From: Candidatus Sericytochromatia bacterium
Lineage (GTDB): Bacteria > Cyanobacteriota > Sericytochromatia > S15B-MN24 > JAQBPE01
NCBI GenBank assembly: GCA_035285125.1
Contig: JAYKHR010000045.1
Location: forward strand, 160,001-224,000
Length of the DNA stretch: 64,000 bases
Direction of reading: 5' to 3'
Shown piece by piece: positions 1 to 10,427 of the stretch; position 1 is the first letter of the stretch; every line of letters starts with the position of its first letter. The notes under the pieces were generated by a model. That model made no database searches. It saw only the letters and a list, made by a program, of their open reading frames with translations, and was not told the origin of the DNA. The position numbers were made by a program, and so were the translations under genes.

Positions 1-1
1 G

Positions 2-553
2 AATGACGTGTTCGAGCTGGCTCGCTTGCGAACGCATGGACTCTCCTGCGAGAAGGGCCCCACCCAGTTGAACGACCTGGTGCACCAGGTGACGAACGCG
101 CAGCGGCCAGCGTTCGACGCGGCAGGCATCACGCTGGTCACGGACATGCCGTCAGAAGGGGTCTCCATCGAGGCCGATGCAGACCGCCTGAACCAGGTGC
201 TGCAAAACCTCCTTGATAACGCGCGCAAGGCGACCCCGGCCGGGGGGCGCGTGGAGGTGCAGCTGGCCAGGATGCCACGTGCCGCCGAGCTGCGGGTGGT
301 CGACACGGGGGTCGGCATCGAACCCGAGCACCTGGCTCGGGTTTTCGAACCGTTCTTCCAGGCCTGTCCCGGCCAGTCGGGGAGCCGGGGCCTCGGACTT
401 GGCCTGACGCTCAGCCGTGCGATCATCGAGGGGGGGCACCAGGGAACGCTGACGGTGACCAGCACGCCAGGCGAGGGAAGCAACTTCGTCGTCACCTTGC
501 CCGTATCCGCACGCCCGGCTGAACCCGTCGTCTTTACGGCCTCTCGGGCCTGA
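2..553 (+). CDS. Sensor histidine kinase, C-terminal HATPase domain (5' part lies outside the window)
   Basis: The frame is open from the window edge. N box QVLQNLLDNARK, G1 DTGVGI, F box VFEPFFQ, G2 GLGLGL, ending GSNFVVTLP. Confidence 0.9.
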   Translation, partial: NDVFELARLRTHGLSCEKGPTQLNDLVHQVTNAQRPAFDAAGITLVTDMPSEGVSIEADADRLNQVLQNLLDNARKATPAGGRVEVQLARMPRAAELRVVDTGVGIEPEHLARVFEPFFQACPGQSGSRGLGLGLTLSRAIIEGGHQGTLTVTSTPGEGSNFVVTLPVSARPAEPVVFTASRA

Positions 554-687
554 GCGGGGACCGGGTCCGGCCGGGCAACGCGCGCTTTCAGGCGCGCCAG
601 GGAAAGGATCGAGGCGGCGACGTATGTCACGGCCCTGGGCGGGGTACGAGCGGGGTCGGTCCCTGAACGGCTTGCCGGAGAACCGCC

Positions 688-2601
688 GTGGTCCCCTCGC
701 GCCTCGCCCTGTCCCTCCTGGTCGGAGCCTTCCTGCTGCCGAGCTGTGCCCCGCCGGCCGGGCTGAGCCCGGCGCCGACGGCAGGCGCGGCTCCGGGGGG
801 AGGGCCTCCCGCGTCCCTGGCGCCCTCCGCCCCGGGCAGCGCCTCACCACCGCCGGCGTCGGCCTCGCCCGCCCCGGCGCCTGCGACGCCCCTGCCCGCC
901 ATCCGCCGCCGGCTGCTCGGCAGCGTGGCCGTTAACGGCCAGCCCGTGGAGGGCGCCAGCCTCACGGCCTGGGACCTCGCCACGGGGCGGGCGGTGCCCC
1001 TCACGGCCTGGGAGGAGGCCGGCGGCGGCACCCTGCGGACGGACGCGGCCGGGGCCTTCGACCTTGCGCTGCCGCCGCTGGCGGCAGGCCAGGTCGTCCG
1101 GCTGGTCGCGAAGACGGGTTCCCAGGCCTTCGTCGCGCTGCTCGACGGCCAGGGGCGGCTCCTGGCCGCGCCTGCCCGGGGCTACGCCCTGCGCGAGGCC
1201 GGCGACGTGACGCTGCGGCTCGTGCTCAGCCCCGCGAGCACGGCCGCCGCTCGCGCCTTCCAGGGCGTCTTCAAGCTCCAGTTGCTGCGGCCGCAGGCGG
1301 CCCGGGAGGCCGGCGTGGCGCAGGCCTTCGAGGCCGCCAGGCGGGCCGTGGCGGCGCTCGAGGAGGCCCTCGCCAGGCAGCCGGCCTGGGCCGACGACCT
1401 CGTCACGGGCCTCGGCCCGGACGGGCTGGCGGCCTCCTCGGACGCCCTGCGGGCGGCGCTCGGCCGGCTTGGCGCCTTTGCCGCGCTGGACGGGGCCGTG
1501 CGCGCCGAGCTTGCACGGCTCCCGCTCGAGCCGCTCGCGGTGGCGTCCGGCACCGTCCCCTTCACGGCGGAGGACTTCCCGCTCGACCGGCCGACGATCG
1601 GGGTGGCGGGTGAGCTGGGCTTCAGCGGGCTGGCGCCGGGCCTGCGGCTGACGGGTGAGCCGGCTGGCTGGGTGCCCACGCCCGAGCGCAAGCGGCGGCG
1701 GGATGGTCTGGGCAGCCGCTTCCGGCTCGTCGACATGGGGCGGCCGGCCAACCCCGCCCGCGTGACGCGCTGGTACGGCTCGTTCTACGATTCCCGGTAC
1801 ATCCTGCTCGCCCACGGCCCCGAGCTGCGCATCTACGACACCGGGACCGGGGTGCTGCGCGACCCGGTGGCCACGGCCTGGCAGAATGCCGTTCGTGGCG
1901 CCGTCCGGGAGCCCGGCAGCGCCGCCGTGCTGGCCCACGGCGACTCGGAGCAGCTCCTGCGCGGCACGCCCGTTGATGCCAGCCTCAGCGCGTTCACGTG
2001 GCAGCCGTACATGCCCATCGAGTCGGCATCCAACGTCTACAACGCCTTCCGGCGCTTCGGCGAGCGGCTCTACCTCGCGAACGACCGCGCCGCCCAGGGC
2101 GCCTCGCTCTACGAGGTCACGGGCACGCCGCCAGCGACGGTGCCGGTGGCCGTCGGGCACCCACCCGTCGAGCGGCTGCCGGCCAGCAGCCGGTGCTACG
2201 ACGTCGCCTTCGACGTGACGCCGGGCTACTCGAGCCCGCCGGGCTGGCTGCTGGCCCAGCACCCCAAGGCTGGGGACACGCGGTGGACGGCCATCTGGGC
2301 CGTGAACCCCGCCAACGGCGGCACGAACACCCTGCTGGTCGACAACATCTTCATGGGCCGCACGCTGGCGTACTCCTGGCGCCGGCGCGAGCTGTACGTG
2401 TCGAGCTACGACACCGCCGCCCTGGTCGCCACGCAGCCGGTGGTCGTGTATGCGTATGCCATCGGCACGAGCGTGCTGGCGGTGGACGTCGACACGGGCG
2501 CGACCCACCACGTCGAGTGGGACCGGGGGACGCCCGAGCGGCCCGTCAGCGGGCTGACGGTCTCGCCCGACGGCGAGGTGCTCTACGGCTTCATGCTCTG
2601 A
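688..2601 (+). CDS. Predicted lipoprotein with Pro/Ala linker, helical middle region and probable C-terminal beta-propeller
   Basis: Signal peptide with lipobox FLLPSC. The C-terminal third has propeller-like strands (GRTLAYSWRRRELYVS, GLTVSPDGEVLY). Confidence 0.7.
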   Translation: MVPSRLALSLLVGAFLLPSCAPPAGLSPAPTAGAAPGGGPPASLAPSAPGSASPPPASASPAPAPATPLPAIRRRLLGSVAVNGQPVEGASLTAWDLATGRAVPLTAWEEAGGGTLRTDAAGAFDLALPPLAAGQVVRLVAKTGSQAFVALLDGQGRLLAAPARGYALREAGDVTLRLVLSPASTAAARAFQGVFKLQLLRPQAAREAGVAQAFEAARRAVAALEEALARQPAWADDLVTGLGPDGLAASSDALRAALGRLGAFAALDGAVRAELARLPLEPLAVASGTVPFTAEDFPLDRPTIGVAGELGFSGLAPGLRLTGEPAGWVPTPERKRRRDGLGSRFRLVDMGRPANPARVTRWYGSFYDSRYILLAHGPELRIYDTGTGVLRDPVATAWQNAVRGAVREPGSAAVLAHGDSEQLLRGTPVDASLSAFTWQPYMPIESASNVYNAFRRFGERLYLANDRAAQGASLYEVTGTPPATVPVAVGHPPVERLPASSRCYDVAFDVTPGYSSPPGWLLAQHPKAGDTRWTAIWAVNPANGGTNTLLVDNIFMGRTLAYSWRRRELYVSSYDTAALVATQPVVVYAYAIGTSVLAVDVDTGATHHVEWDRGTPERPVSGLTVSPDGEVLYGFML

Positions 2602-2635
2602 CGGCGTGCGGGGCACGGGAAAGGGGGGCCGGCCC

Positions 2636-3541
2636 ATGGGCAGGCGGCATGCGCTGGCGGCGGCGCTCGTGGCTCACGTGGCCCTGGCAACGGCGTGCGC
2701 CCCGCTGGCGCGGGGGGGGCGGGCCATCGGCGAGCAGCTCGTCGCCTGGTCGGGGCAGGCCGCCCCGGCGGCCTACCACAAGCGGCCCCTGCCCGCGCTC
2801 CCGCGGCCCTGGATCGTCGCCCACCGGGGCTACTCGGCCCTGGCCCCCGAGAACACCCTCGCCAGCCTGCGGGCCGCCGTCGAGGCGGGGGCCGATGCCG
2901 TCGAGTTCGACGTGCGCCTCACGCGCGACGGGGAGGCCGTGCTCATGCACGACCCCACCGTGGATCGCACCACCAGCGGCCGGGGGGAGGTCGCCAGCCT
3001 GACGCTCGCCGAGCTGCGGCGGCTCGACGCGGGTGGCTGGAAGCACCCGCGCTGGCGCGGGGAGCCCGTGCCCACCGTAGCGGAGGCGCTGGCGGTGCTC
3101 GCGGGCCGGGCCGTGGCGGTGGTCGAGCTCAAGGAGGCCCACCCCGGGCTCGTGCGGCGCGTGGCCGAGGCGCTGGGCAGCCACACGCCGCCGGGCGGCG
3201 CCATCTTGATTTCCTTCCACCGCGCCGCGCTGCGCCGGCTGGCGGGGCTGGCGCCCGACCGCCCCCTCGGCCTGCTGGTGCGGCCGCTGGAGCCACCGCC
3301 CACCCGGGCGCTGGGCGCGCACGCCGACCTGGTGCTGAGCTGGCACGAGGCCCTCGGCGGCCCCGTCGTCGCGGCCGCCCACGGGCAGGGGCTGCCGCTG
3401 TTCGCCTGGACGGTGGACGAGCCCGCGGCCATGGCGCGGCTGCTGCGCTGGGGCGTGGATGGGCTCGTCACCAACGAGGTCGACCGGGCCGTGGCGCTGC
3501 GCCGGGCCTGGCGGGCAGGCCTGCCGATGCCCGCGCCCTAG
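2636..3541 (+). CDS. Glycerophosphodiester phosphodiesterase (GDPD family), probably exported or lipid-anchored
   Basis: VAHRGYSALAPENT, VEFDVRLTRDG, HD and AWTVD..GVDGLVTN motifs. N-terminal LATAC resembles a lipobox. Confidence 0.92.
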   Translation: MGRRHALAAALVAHVALATACAPLARGGRAIGEQLVAWSGQAAPAAYHKRPLPALPRPWIVAHRGYSALAPENTLASLRAAVEAGADAVEFDVRLTRDGEAVLMHDPTVDRTTSGRGEVASLTLAELRRLDAGGWKHPRWRGEPVPTVAEALAVLAGRAVAVVELKEAHPGLVRRVAEALGSHTPPGGAILISFHRAALRRLAGLAPDRPLGLLVRPLEPPPTRALGAHADLVLSWHEALGGPVVAAAHGQGLPLFAWTVDEPAAMARLLRWGVDGLVTNEVDRAVALRRAWRAGLPMPAP

Positions 3542-6500
3542 GCCGTCGGCTCTGCCGGCGCGGCCCCGTCGCCCGGCTCGTCCGGCGCCGGCAGCCGCTT
3601 GCCGAGCCAGCCCCAGGCCGTGCGCTGGATGTCGTCGATGAGGGTGAAGGCCGCCGGGATCACGACGAGCGTGAACAGCGTGGAGGTGACGAGCCCCCCG
3701 ATCACGGCGACGGCCATCGGCGAGAGGATCTCGGTGCCCGTGCCCAGCTCCAGGGCGATGGGCAGCATGCCGGCGATCATGGCGATCGTCGTCATCAAGA
3801 TGGGCCGCAGGCGGTCGCGCCCGGCGCGCAGCAGCGCCTCCCGGCGCGTGGCGCCCTGGTTGCGGGCCATCTGCGCGTACTCGACGAGCAGGATCGAGTT
3901 CTTGGTGACGAGGCCCATCAGCATCATCACGCCGATGAGCGCGTAGAGACCGAGCTCCTTGCCGAAGACCAGCAGGCCGGCCATCGCCCCGCCGATGGAC
4001 AGGGGCAGCGCCATCATGATGGTCAGCGGCTGCAGGAAGCCCCCGAAGAGCAGCACCAGCACGGCGTAGATGGCCATGATGCCCGTGCCGAGGGCGATCA
4101 GGGTCTCGGTGAAGATGTCCATCATCACCTTGGACTCGCCCACCGTGCCCTGGGTGATGCCGGCCGGCAGGGCCTTGATGCTGGGCAGCTCGGCGACCTT
4201 CGCGAGGGCCGTGCCCATGTCGCCGGCCGTCAGGTTGGCCGTGAAGGTGATCTGGCGGGCGCGGTCGTAGCGGTCGATCTGCACGGGGCCCGTGCCGAAG
4301 TGGAGGTCGGCCACCGTCCGCAGGGGCACGAGGCCAGCCCGGCCGGGCACCAGGAGGTCTCCGATGGCGGCCAGGTCGGCCCGCGCCGACGGGGCAAGCT
4401 GCACGCGGATGTTCAGCTGGCGCGAGTCGGCGTTGAACTTGGCGAGGTTGAACTCGGCATCGCCCTGGGTCGCGAGGCGGGCCACCCGCCCGATGGCCGC
4501 GACGGAGACCCCCTGCTCGGCGGCGCGCGTCAGGTGGGGCCTGATCACGACCTCCGGACGGAGCTCCGCGGCGGTGCTCGTGACGTCCCGCAGCTCTGGC
4601 AGGGTGCGCATCTCCTTGAGCACCTGCGCCCCCACCTGCTCGAGCAGCCGGCCGTCCGAGCCGCGCAGCAGCACGTTCACGGGCTTGGCGGAGCCCGTCG
4701 CCCCGAACTGGGCGAAGGCCACGCGCGCGCCCGGGATGCGGGCAAGCTCCGGGCGCAGCTGGTCCTGGAATGCCTCCAGCGTCAGCGTGCGCTGGTCGCG
4801 GGGCTTGAGCACCACGTTCACGGTGCCGCGCGTGACGGAGCTGGCCGACTGCACCAGGGAGCCCCCGGCCGAGTTCGAGGCCGAGCCGACGGTCGCGAAG
4901 ACCAGCTGGGACTCCGGCCGGGCCGCGAGCAGCTGGCTCGTCTCCATCACCACGCGCTCCGTCTCCTCGATCGTGGAGCCTGCGGGGAGGGAGATCTGGA
5001 CCATGGCCTGGCCGATGTCGCCGAGGTCGATGAAGCCCTTGGGGATCACGGGCACCAGCGCCATCGAGCCGACGAACACGGCCAGGGCCCCGGTCAGCGT
5101 CTTCCAGCGGTGGGCGAGGGCCCACTCGAGCAGGCGCATGTAGGGCTCGCGCCAGGGCGCCCGGTCCTCGGCGTGGGCGAGCCGCTCCGGCAGCAGGTGG
5201 GCGGCCATCATCGGCGTGAGGGTCCGGGCGACCAGCAGCGAGAACAGCACGGCCACGGCCACCGTGACGCCGAACGAGCGGAAGAACATCCCGGGGATGC
5301 CGCCCATAAAGCCCACCGGGATGAACACGGCGACGATCGTCATGGTGGTGGCGACGATGGCGAGGCCGATCTCGTCGGTGGCCTCCAGGGCAGCCCTCAT
5401 GGGCGACTTGCCCATCGCGATGTGGCGGTAGATGTTCTCGAGGTCGACGATCGCATCGTCCACGAGGATGCCGACCACGAGCGTGAGCGCCAGCGTCGTC
5501 ATCCCGTTGAGGGTGTAGCCGAGCAGCTTCATGACGCCGAAGGTCGCGATCACCGAGAGCGGGATGGCGAGCGCCGAGATGAACAGCGCCTGGCCATTGC
5601 GCAGGAAGATGAAGATCACGGCCACGGCCAGCGCCGAGCCGAGGTACAGCGCGTCCATCGTGGCCTCGTGGGAGTCCCGCGTGAAGTCCGCCATCGTGCG
5701 GATGAGCTCGACCTTCACGTCCGGCGGCAGCGTGGCCGCGAGCGCCTCGACCTGCTGGCGGGTGGCCTCCTCGGTCTGCACGAGGGGCGAGCCCTGCGAG
5801 CGCACGACGGAGAACGCCACGCACGGCTGGCCGTTCAGGAACGCCTTCTGCCGCACCTCCGCGTGGCTGTCCGCGACCCGCCCGAGCGCGTCGAGCCTGA
5901 CGGTGCCGCCCTGCGGCAGGGCGATCGGCAGCCGGGCCAGCGCCTCCACCGAGCCAGCGGAGCCGAGCGTCCGGATCGACTGCTCGCGCCCGCCGGCGTC
6001 GGCGCGGCCGCCGGGCAGGTTGACGTTGGCCTGCCTGAGCTGCCCGTTCACGTCCTCCACCGTGAGCCTGTGGGCCCGCAGCCGGGCAGGCTCGAGGTCG
6101 ATCCGCACCTCCCGCGTCAGCCCGCCGGAGCGGCGCACCTGCGCGACGCCCGGCACGGCCAGCAAGGAGCGGGTGATGTCCTCGTCGATGAGGCGCGACA
6201 GCTCGGCCATCGGGCGCCTGGTCGACGAGACGGTGAAGGTGGCGAAGGGCTCGCCGCTGAAGTTGGGGTGCGTGATGGAGGGCTCGGTGATGTCGCCGGG
6301 CAGCGTCTGGCGGATCCTCGAGACGGCGTCCCGGACGTCGTTCAGCGCCGTCTCGGAGCGGGTGCCAATCTTGAACTCGCACACCGTCGTCGACACGCCC
6401 TCCGAGACGGTCGAGGTGATGTGGTCGAGCCCCGTGATGCCGACGAGCGAGTCCTCGACCTTGCGCGTGACCTCGGTCTCGAGCTCGGCCGGGGAGGCAC

Positions 6501-6657
6501 CGGCCTGCGAGACAGCCACCACGATGAGGGGGAAGTCGACGTCGGGGTTGTCGTTGACGCCGAGCCGGAGGTAGCTGAAGAGCCCCACCAGGGTCAGCAT
6601 CAAGAAGAGCAGGATGACGGGGATGGGGCGCTTGATGGCCCAGGCAGAGACGTTCAT
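3538..6657 (-). CDS. RND efflux permease subunit (AcrB/AcrD/AcrF family)
   Basis: 1039 aa. [25 protein letters not shown] and RLRPILMTT motifs, with the usual RND transmembrane layout. Confidence 0.97.
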   Translation of the reverse strand: MNVSAWAIKRPIPVILLFLMLTLVGLFSYLRLGVNDNPDVDFPLIVVAVSQAGASPAELETEVTRKVEDSLVGITGLDHITSTVSEGVSTTVCEFKIGTRSETALNDVRDAVSRIRQTLPGDITEPSITHPNFSGEPFATFTVSSTRRPMAELSRLIDEDITRSLLAVPGVAQVRRSGGLTREVRIDLEPARLRAHRLTVEDVNGQLRQANVNLPGGRADAGGREQSIRTLGSAGSVEALARLPIALPQGGTVRLDALGRVADSHAEVRQKAFLNGQPCVAFSVVRSQGSPLVQTEEATRQQVEALAATLPPDVKVELIRTMADFTRDSHEATMDALYLGSALAVAVIFIFLRNGQALFISALAIPLSVIATFGVMKLLGYTLNGMTTLALTLVVGILVDDAIVDLENIYRHIAMGKSPMRAALEATDEIGLAIVATTMTIVAVFIPVGFMGGIPGMFFRSFGVTVAVAVLFSLLVARTLTPMMAAHLLPERLAHAEDRAPWREPYMRLLEWALAHRWKTLTGALAVFVGSMALVPVIPKGFIDLGDIGQAMVQISLPAGSTIEETERVVMETSQLLAARPESQLVFATVGSASNSAGGSLVQSASSVTRGTVNVVLKPRDQRTLTLEAFQDQLRPELARIPGARVAFAQFGATGSAKPVNVLLRGSDGRLLEQVGAQVLKEMRTLPELRDVTSTAAELRPEVVIRPHLTRAAEQGVSVAAIGRVARLATQGDAEFNLAKFNADSRQLNIRVQLAPSARADLAAIGDLLVPGRAGLVPLRTVADLHFGTGPVQIDRYDRARQITFTANLTAGDMGTALAKVAELPSIKALPAGITQGTVGESKVMMDIFTETLIALGTGIMAIYAVLVLLFGGFLQPLTIMMALPLSIGGAMAGLLVFGKELGLYALIGVMMLMGLVTKNSILLVEYAQMARNQGATRREALLRAGRDRLRPILMTTIAMIAGMLPIALELGTGTEILSPMAVAVIGGLVTSTLFTLVVIPAAFTLIDDIQRTAWGWLGKRLPAPDEPGDGAAPAEPTA

Positions 6658-6672
6658 GGCGGGCCTCTCGCC

Positions 6673-7959
6673 TCAGGAGCCCGCGGTGGCTTTCCCTGGC
6701 TGTGGCTTGCCCGGCGAGGCGGCCTTCGGCGGCGCGACGTCGACCTTGTCACCGTCCTTCAGGAAGCCGACGCCGGCCGTGATGACCTGCTCGCCGGCCT
6801 TGAGGCCCTCGGCGATCGCCACCCAGCCCCCGGCCCTGGCCCCAGGCACGACGCTGCGGCTGCGGGCGATGCTGCCATCCAGCACGAACACCTCGCTGCC
6901 CGCCTCCTTCGTGACGACGGCCGATGCGGGCACGGTCAGCGCGGACACCTGCCCGAGCGCCAGCTGGGCCCGCACGAACATCCCCACGCGCAGGCCCGAG
7001 GCCTCCGGGATGTCGATGCGGATGGTGGCCTGGCGGCTCGCGAGGTCCACCGCCGGGCTGACCTCCCGGATGACGCCGCTCGCCTGCAGGTCGGGCCTGG
7101 CATCCGAGCCCACGCGGGCCAGCAGGCCCGGCCTCACCTGGCCGAGGTCGGCCTCGGGCACGAGCGCCTCCACCTGCAGCCGGCCCAGCCGGACCATCTG
7201 GAACATCGCCTTGCCGACGGCGGAGGCATCCCCGAGGTGGACGTCCTTGCGGATGATCTTGCCCGCGTCCGGCGCCTTGACGCGCGTCTGGGCGTGCAGC
7301 GCCTCCATCTGGGCCAGGGTGGCGCGGGCCTCGTCGGCCTGGGCCTCGGCAATGGCCAGGTCCTCCGGCCGCGAGCCCTCGCGGGCGAGCGAGAGCCGCT
7401 CGCGGGCCTGGTCGGCCGCCGCGCGGGCCTGCTCGGCCGCGGCCTGGCGGCCCACGAGCTCCATCGGCGTCACGGCACCCTCGGCTGCCAAAGCCTGGCT
7501 GCGCACGTAGGCGTCCTGCGCCTGCCGGGCCGCGGCCTCGGCCTGCACGAGCGCGGCCTCCGTGCTGCGGAGGTCCTGCAGGCGCATCGGGTGGCGGGCC
7601 TTCTGCAGCTGGGCCTCCGCGATGCGGGCCCGGGCGCGGGCCGCGTCGAGCTGCGCCTTCAGCGTGGCGTCGTCGAGCACCGCGAGCACCTGCCCGCGGC
7701 CCACCATCTGGCCCTCCTCGGCGGTCACGGCCACGACCCGCAGGCCGTTGGCCGCCGGGATGACGGGCATCGGCTCCCACGCGGCGACGGAGCCCGTGAC
7801 CTCCAGCGTGCGCGGCAGCTGCCGCGCCTCGACAGGCCGGGTCTCCACCGTCAGGACGGCGGGGACCTCGGCCGGCTTCTCCTCTTGCTTGGCCTTGCAG
7901 GCGAGAGGGGCTGCCGCGATGCCGAGCAACAGGGGGACAACGACGAGGCTACGACGCAT
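6673..7959 (-). CDS. RND efflux periplasmic adaptor (membrane fusion protein), lipoprotein
   Basis: Lipobox PLAC, biotinyl-lipoyl-like half motifs, long coiled coil, LRVGMFV and GLKAGEQVI. Directly upstream of the RND permease. Confidence 0.95.
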   Translation of the reverse strand: MRRSLVVVPLLLGIAAAPLACKAKQEEKPAEVPAVLTVETRPVEARQLPRTLEVTGSVAAWEPMPVIPAANGLRVVAVTAEEGQMVGRGQVLAVLDDATLKAQLDAARARARIAEAQLQKARHPMRLQDLRSTEAALVQAEAAARQAQDAYVRSQALAAEGAVTPMELVGRQAAAEQARAAADQARERLSLAREGSRPEDLAIAEAQADEARATLAQMEALHAQTRVKAPDAGKIIRKDVHLGDASAVGKAMFQMVRLGRLQVEALVPEADLGQVRPGLLARVGSDARPDLQASGVIREVSPAVDLASRQATIRIDIPEASGLRVGMFVRAQLALGQVSALTVPASAVVTKEAGSEVFVLDGSIARSRSVVPGARAGGWVAIAEGLKAGEQVITAGVGFLKDGDKVDVAPPKAASPGKPQPGKATAGS

Positions 7960-8013
7960 TGGGAGCTAGGACCTCCGGGGCGCGGGTGGCGGCGTGGACC
8001 GGCCTGCGGAGAC

Positions 8014-8047
8014 TATTTTGCCTGGAAATATTTTGATACGTCAAATA
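8014..8047 (-). promoter_or_regulatory. Promoter and two tandem imperfect palindromes (candidate repressor operator) of the RND operon
   Basis: AT-rich island with TATTTTGCCTGGAAATA and TATTTTGATACGTCAAATA. The minus strand reads TTGACG-N18-CAAAAT. Confidence 0.55.
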
Positions 8048-8066
8048 AATGGCCGCGCGGGACGCG

Positions 8067-8828
8067 TCAGCGCGGCGAGACCGGCACCACGAGGTCTTCC
8101 ACCTGATCCAACCCAGGGCCTGCCGGCCAGGGGGCGAAGCGCCAGGCCCCGACTGCCTCCAGCGCGGCCTGGTCGACGTCCCGGCGGCCGCTGGAGCGCA
8201 CGACTTGGGTGCGCGCCACGTGACCCGAGGGGCTCACCCAGACCCGCACCCCCACCTCCCGTGAGACGTAGTCCTGAAGGGCCTCCAGGGGCACGGTGGG
8301 GTCGACCCGCCGCAGCAGCGGTCGCGCGACCAGCCCGTGTTTCAGCCAATCGACGGTGGGTGGGGTGCCCTCCCAGCGGGCCCGGCCGTCGCCGAACCGG
8401 GCCTGATCCTTGGGGACCCACTGCACCACGCGCTCCGCCCGCAGGTGGATCTCCCCGGACGCGTCGATGCGTCGGATGACGCCCTCCCACGTCAGGCGGT
8501 CGCCCACGGCCATGCCATGGCCCTCGGCCAGGTAGGCCGTCCACGTCGGGCCGGGGCTCTCGGGCGCGGCGGCCACGTGGACCGCCACCAGGCCGGCCGC
8601 CGTGACATCCGGGGCCGTTCCCACGACCCAGCCGCTGCGGCGCATCCGCTGACCGGCGTGGGCGCGGTTCAGCCGGGCGAGCTCAGCCTGGAAGGGGCCG
8701 TCGGGAAGCCTGGCGGCTGCGCGGGCCACCTTCGCCCGGAGGGCGTCCTCCCGCGGCAGCGACTCGGCCCCCGCCGGGAGGGCGGGGGCCAGCAGCAGCG
8801 CGCAGAGGGCGATCAGCAGGCGGTGCAC
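8067..8828 (-). CDS. Exported protein with OB-fold-like middle and TonB C-terminal domain
   Basis: GTG start gives signal peptide VHRLLIALCALLLAPALPAGA. C-terminal VRVWVSPSGHV..VVRSSG..DQAALEAV..WRFAP is a TonB_C signature. Confidence 0.75.
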   Translation of the reverse strand: MHRLLIALCALLLAPALPAGAESLPREDALRAKVARAAARLPDGPFQAELARLNRAHAGQRMRRSGWVVGTAPDVTAAGLVAVHVAAAPESPGPTWTAYLAEGHGMAVGDRLTWEGVIRRIDASGEIHLRAERVVQWVPKDQARFGDGRARWEGTPPTVDWLKHGLVARPLLRRVDPTVPLEALQDYVSREVGVRVWVSPSGHVARTQVVRSSGRRDVDQAALEAVGAWRFAPWPAGPGLDQVEDLVVPVSPR

Positions 8829-8835
8829 CCGCCCA

Positions 8836-10416
8836 TCATACCCCCAGCGGTCCCGAGCCGCCGTGTCCGGCGCCCACCGCCGCCCGCGCGGTGCTGGGGC
8901 GGCTGCTCGCCTGCAGGCCGCGCAAACCATCCCAGTCCAGTTCGACGGTGCCGCCCGTGGGGGCGTGGCCCTGCTCCCAGCCGCCGAAGAACTCCAGGCA
9001 GGCGTGGTCGATGTGCCGCAGGTCGCCGCCGTCGATGACGACGTCGGCACCGGCCGGCACCTTGGCGAGCGCCTTTTGGAGGTCCGGGAGGGCAAGGAAC
9101 GTGGCTGCCCCGCGCAGCTTGAGGCGCACGCTGTTCGCCTCGGGACGGTGCTCGACGGCGATGTCGAGGTGGGAGAGCACCGACAGCTGGCGCACCAGCG
9201 CAGCGATGATGCCGATGATGATGTCCTTTAGCAGGTTGGTCGCCACGATGGCGCCCGCCGTCAGGAGGTAGATGCCGGCCTCGCTGCGCCCCGCCTTGAG
9301 CAGCTGGATCAAGGTGGCGGGCGCGAGCAGCTTGAAGCCCGTGTAGACGAGCAGCGCCGCCAGCGCCGTGAGGGGGACGCGCTCCAGCAGCCACGGCAGC
9401 AGGGCCACCGTGGCGAGGATCCACGTGCCGTGGAAGATCGTCGAAGCTCGCGTCACGGCGCCCGCCTGGACGTTCGCGGCCGAGCGCACGATCACGCCCG
9501 TCATCGGCAGCGCGCCCACGATGCCGCACAGCGCGTTGCCAAGGCCTTGCGCCATCAACTCGCGGTCCGGGTCGTGCCGGGGGCCGCCGTGCATCTTGTC
9601 GACGGCGGCTGCCGTCAGCAGGCTCTCGGCGCTGGCGATGACGGCCACCGCCAGCACGGCTTCGAAGATGGGGCCCTCGGCCAGCCGGGCGAGGTCCGCG
9701 AGGCCGACCAGCTTCAGCGAGCCGAGCAGGCTGTCGGGCAGGTCGACGTACCGGATGGGCAGGTGCAGCCAGGCTGCCGCCGCCGTCGCCGAGGCCACGC
9801 CCACCAGCGCGGGCGGGATGGCCCGCAGAGGGCCCGGAACATAGCTCCAGGCCAGCATCACGGCGATGGTGGCGAGCCCCACGGCGGCGGCGATGTGGTG
9901 CGTCGTGCCGTCCAGCGGGGCCACGCCTTTCCACAGCGCCTCCGGGAGGGCGAGGAGGTTCGCGAGGCCGCTGCCACGCGGCGCGTCATCGACCATCACG
10001 TGGACCTGGGCGGCGATGATCAGCGCGCCGATGCCCGCGAGCATGCCGTGCACCACGGCGGGGGAGATGGCGGAGAACCACCTGCCGAGGCGCAGCGTGC
10101 CGGCGGCCACCTGGACGACGCCGGCGGCGAGCACGATCACGCCGAGCATCGGCAGGCCGTGGCGCTGCACGAGCTCGAAGACGAGCACCGTCAGGCCCGC
10201 CGCCGGGCCGCTGACCTGCAGCGGGCTGCCCGCGAATAGGCCCACCACGATGCCGCCGATGATGCCCGTCAAGAGGCCCGCGGCCGGCGGCACGCCCGAG
10301 GCGATGGCGACGCCCATGCACAGCGGCAGGGCGACAAGGAACACCACGAGCGACGCCATCAGGTCACGTGGCAGGGTCTCCCGCGCGGGGGCGGGAGGGG
10401 GCTGGGAGTTTGGCAT
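8836..10416 (-). CDS. SulP/SLC26 anion (probably bicarbonate) transporter with STAS-like C-terminus
   Basis: DLMASLVVFLVALPLCMGVAIASG, QVSGPAAG, RELMAQGLGN and GVIVRSAAN motifs. Adjacent to carbonic anhydrase. Confidence 0.95.
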   Translation of the reverse strand: MPNSQPPPAPARETLPRDLMASLVVFLVALPLCMGVAIASGVPPAAGLLTGIIGGIVVGLFAGSPLQVSGPAAGLTVLVFELVQRHGLPMLGVIVLAAGVVQVAAGTLRLGRWFSAISPAVVHGMLAGIGALIIAAQVHVMVDDAPRGSGLANLLALPEALWKGVAPLDGTTHHIAAAVGLATIAVMLAWSYVPGPLRAIPPALVGVASATAAAAWLHLPIRYVDLPDSLLGSLKLVGLADLARLAEGPIFEAVLAVAVIASAESLLTAAAVDKMHGGPRHDPDRELMAQGLGNALCGIVGALPMTGVIVRSAANVQAGAVTRASTIFHGTWILATVALLPWLLERVPLTALAALLVYTGFKLLAPATLIQLLKAGRSEAGIYLLTAGAIVATNLLKDIIIGIIAALVRQLSVLSHLDIAVEHRPEANSVRLKLRGAATFLALPDLQKALAKVPAGADVVIDGGDLRHIDHACLEFFGGWEQGHAPTGGTVELDWDGLRGLQASSRPSTARAAVGAGHGGSGPLGV

Positions 10417-10427
10417 GACGAGGCCCC

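Noticed and set aside
2591..8106. Very long ORFs 2695-8106 (+, 1803 aa) and 2591-6382 (-, 1263 aa), and many similar overlapping ORFs across the window
   Set aside because: These are shadow frames of real GC-rich genes: Arg/Gly/Pro-rich, with no motifs, and overlapping well-supported CDSs.
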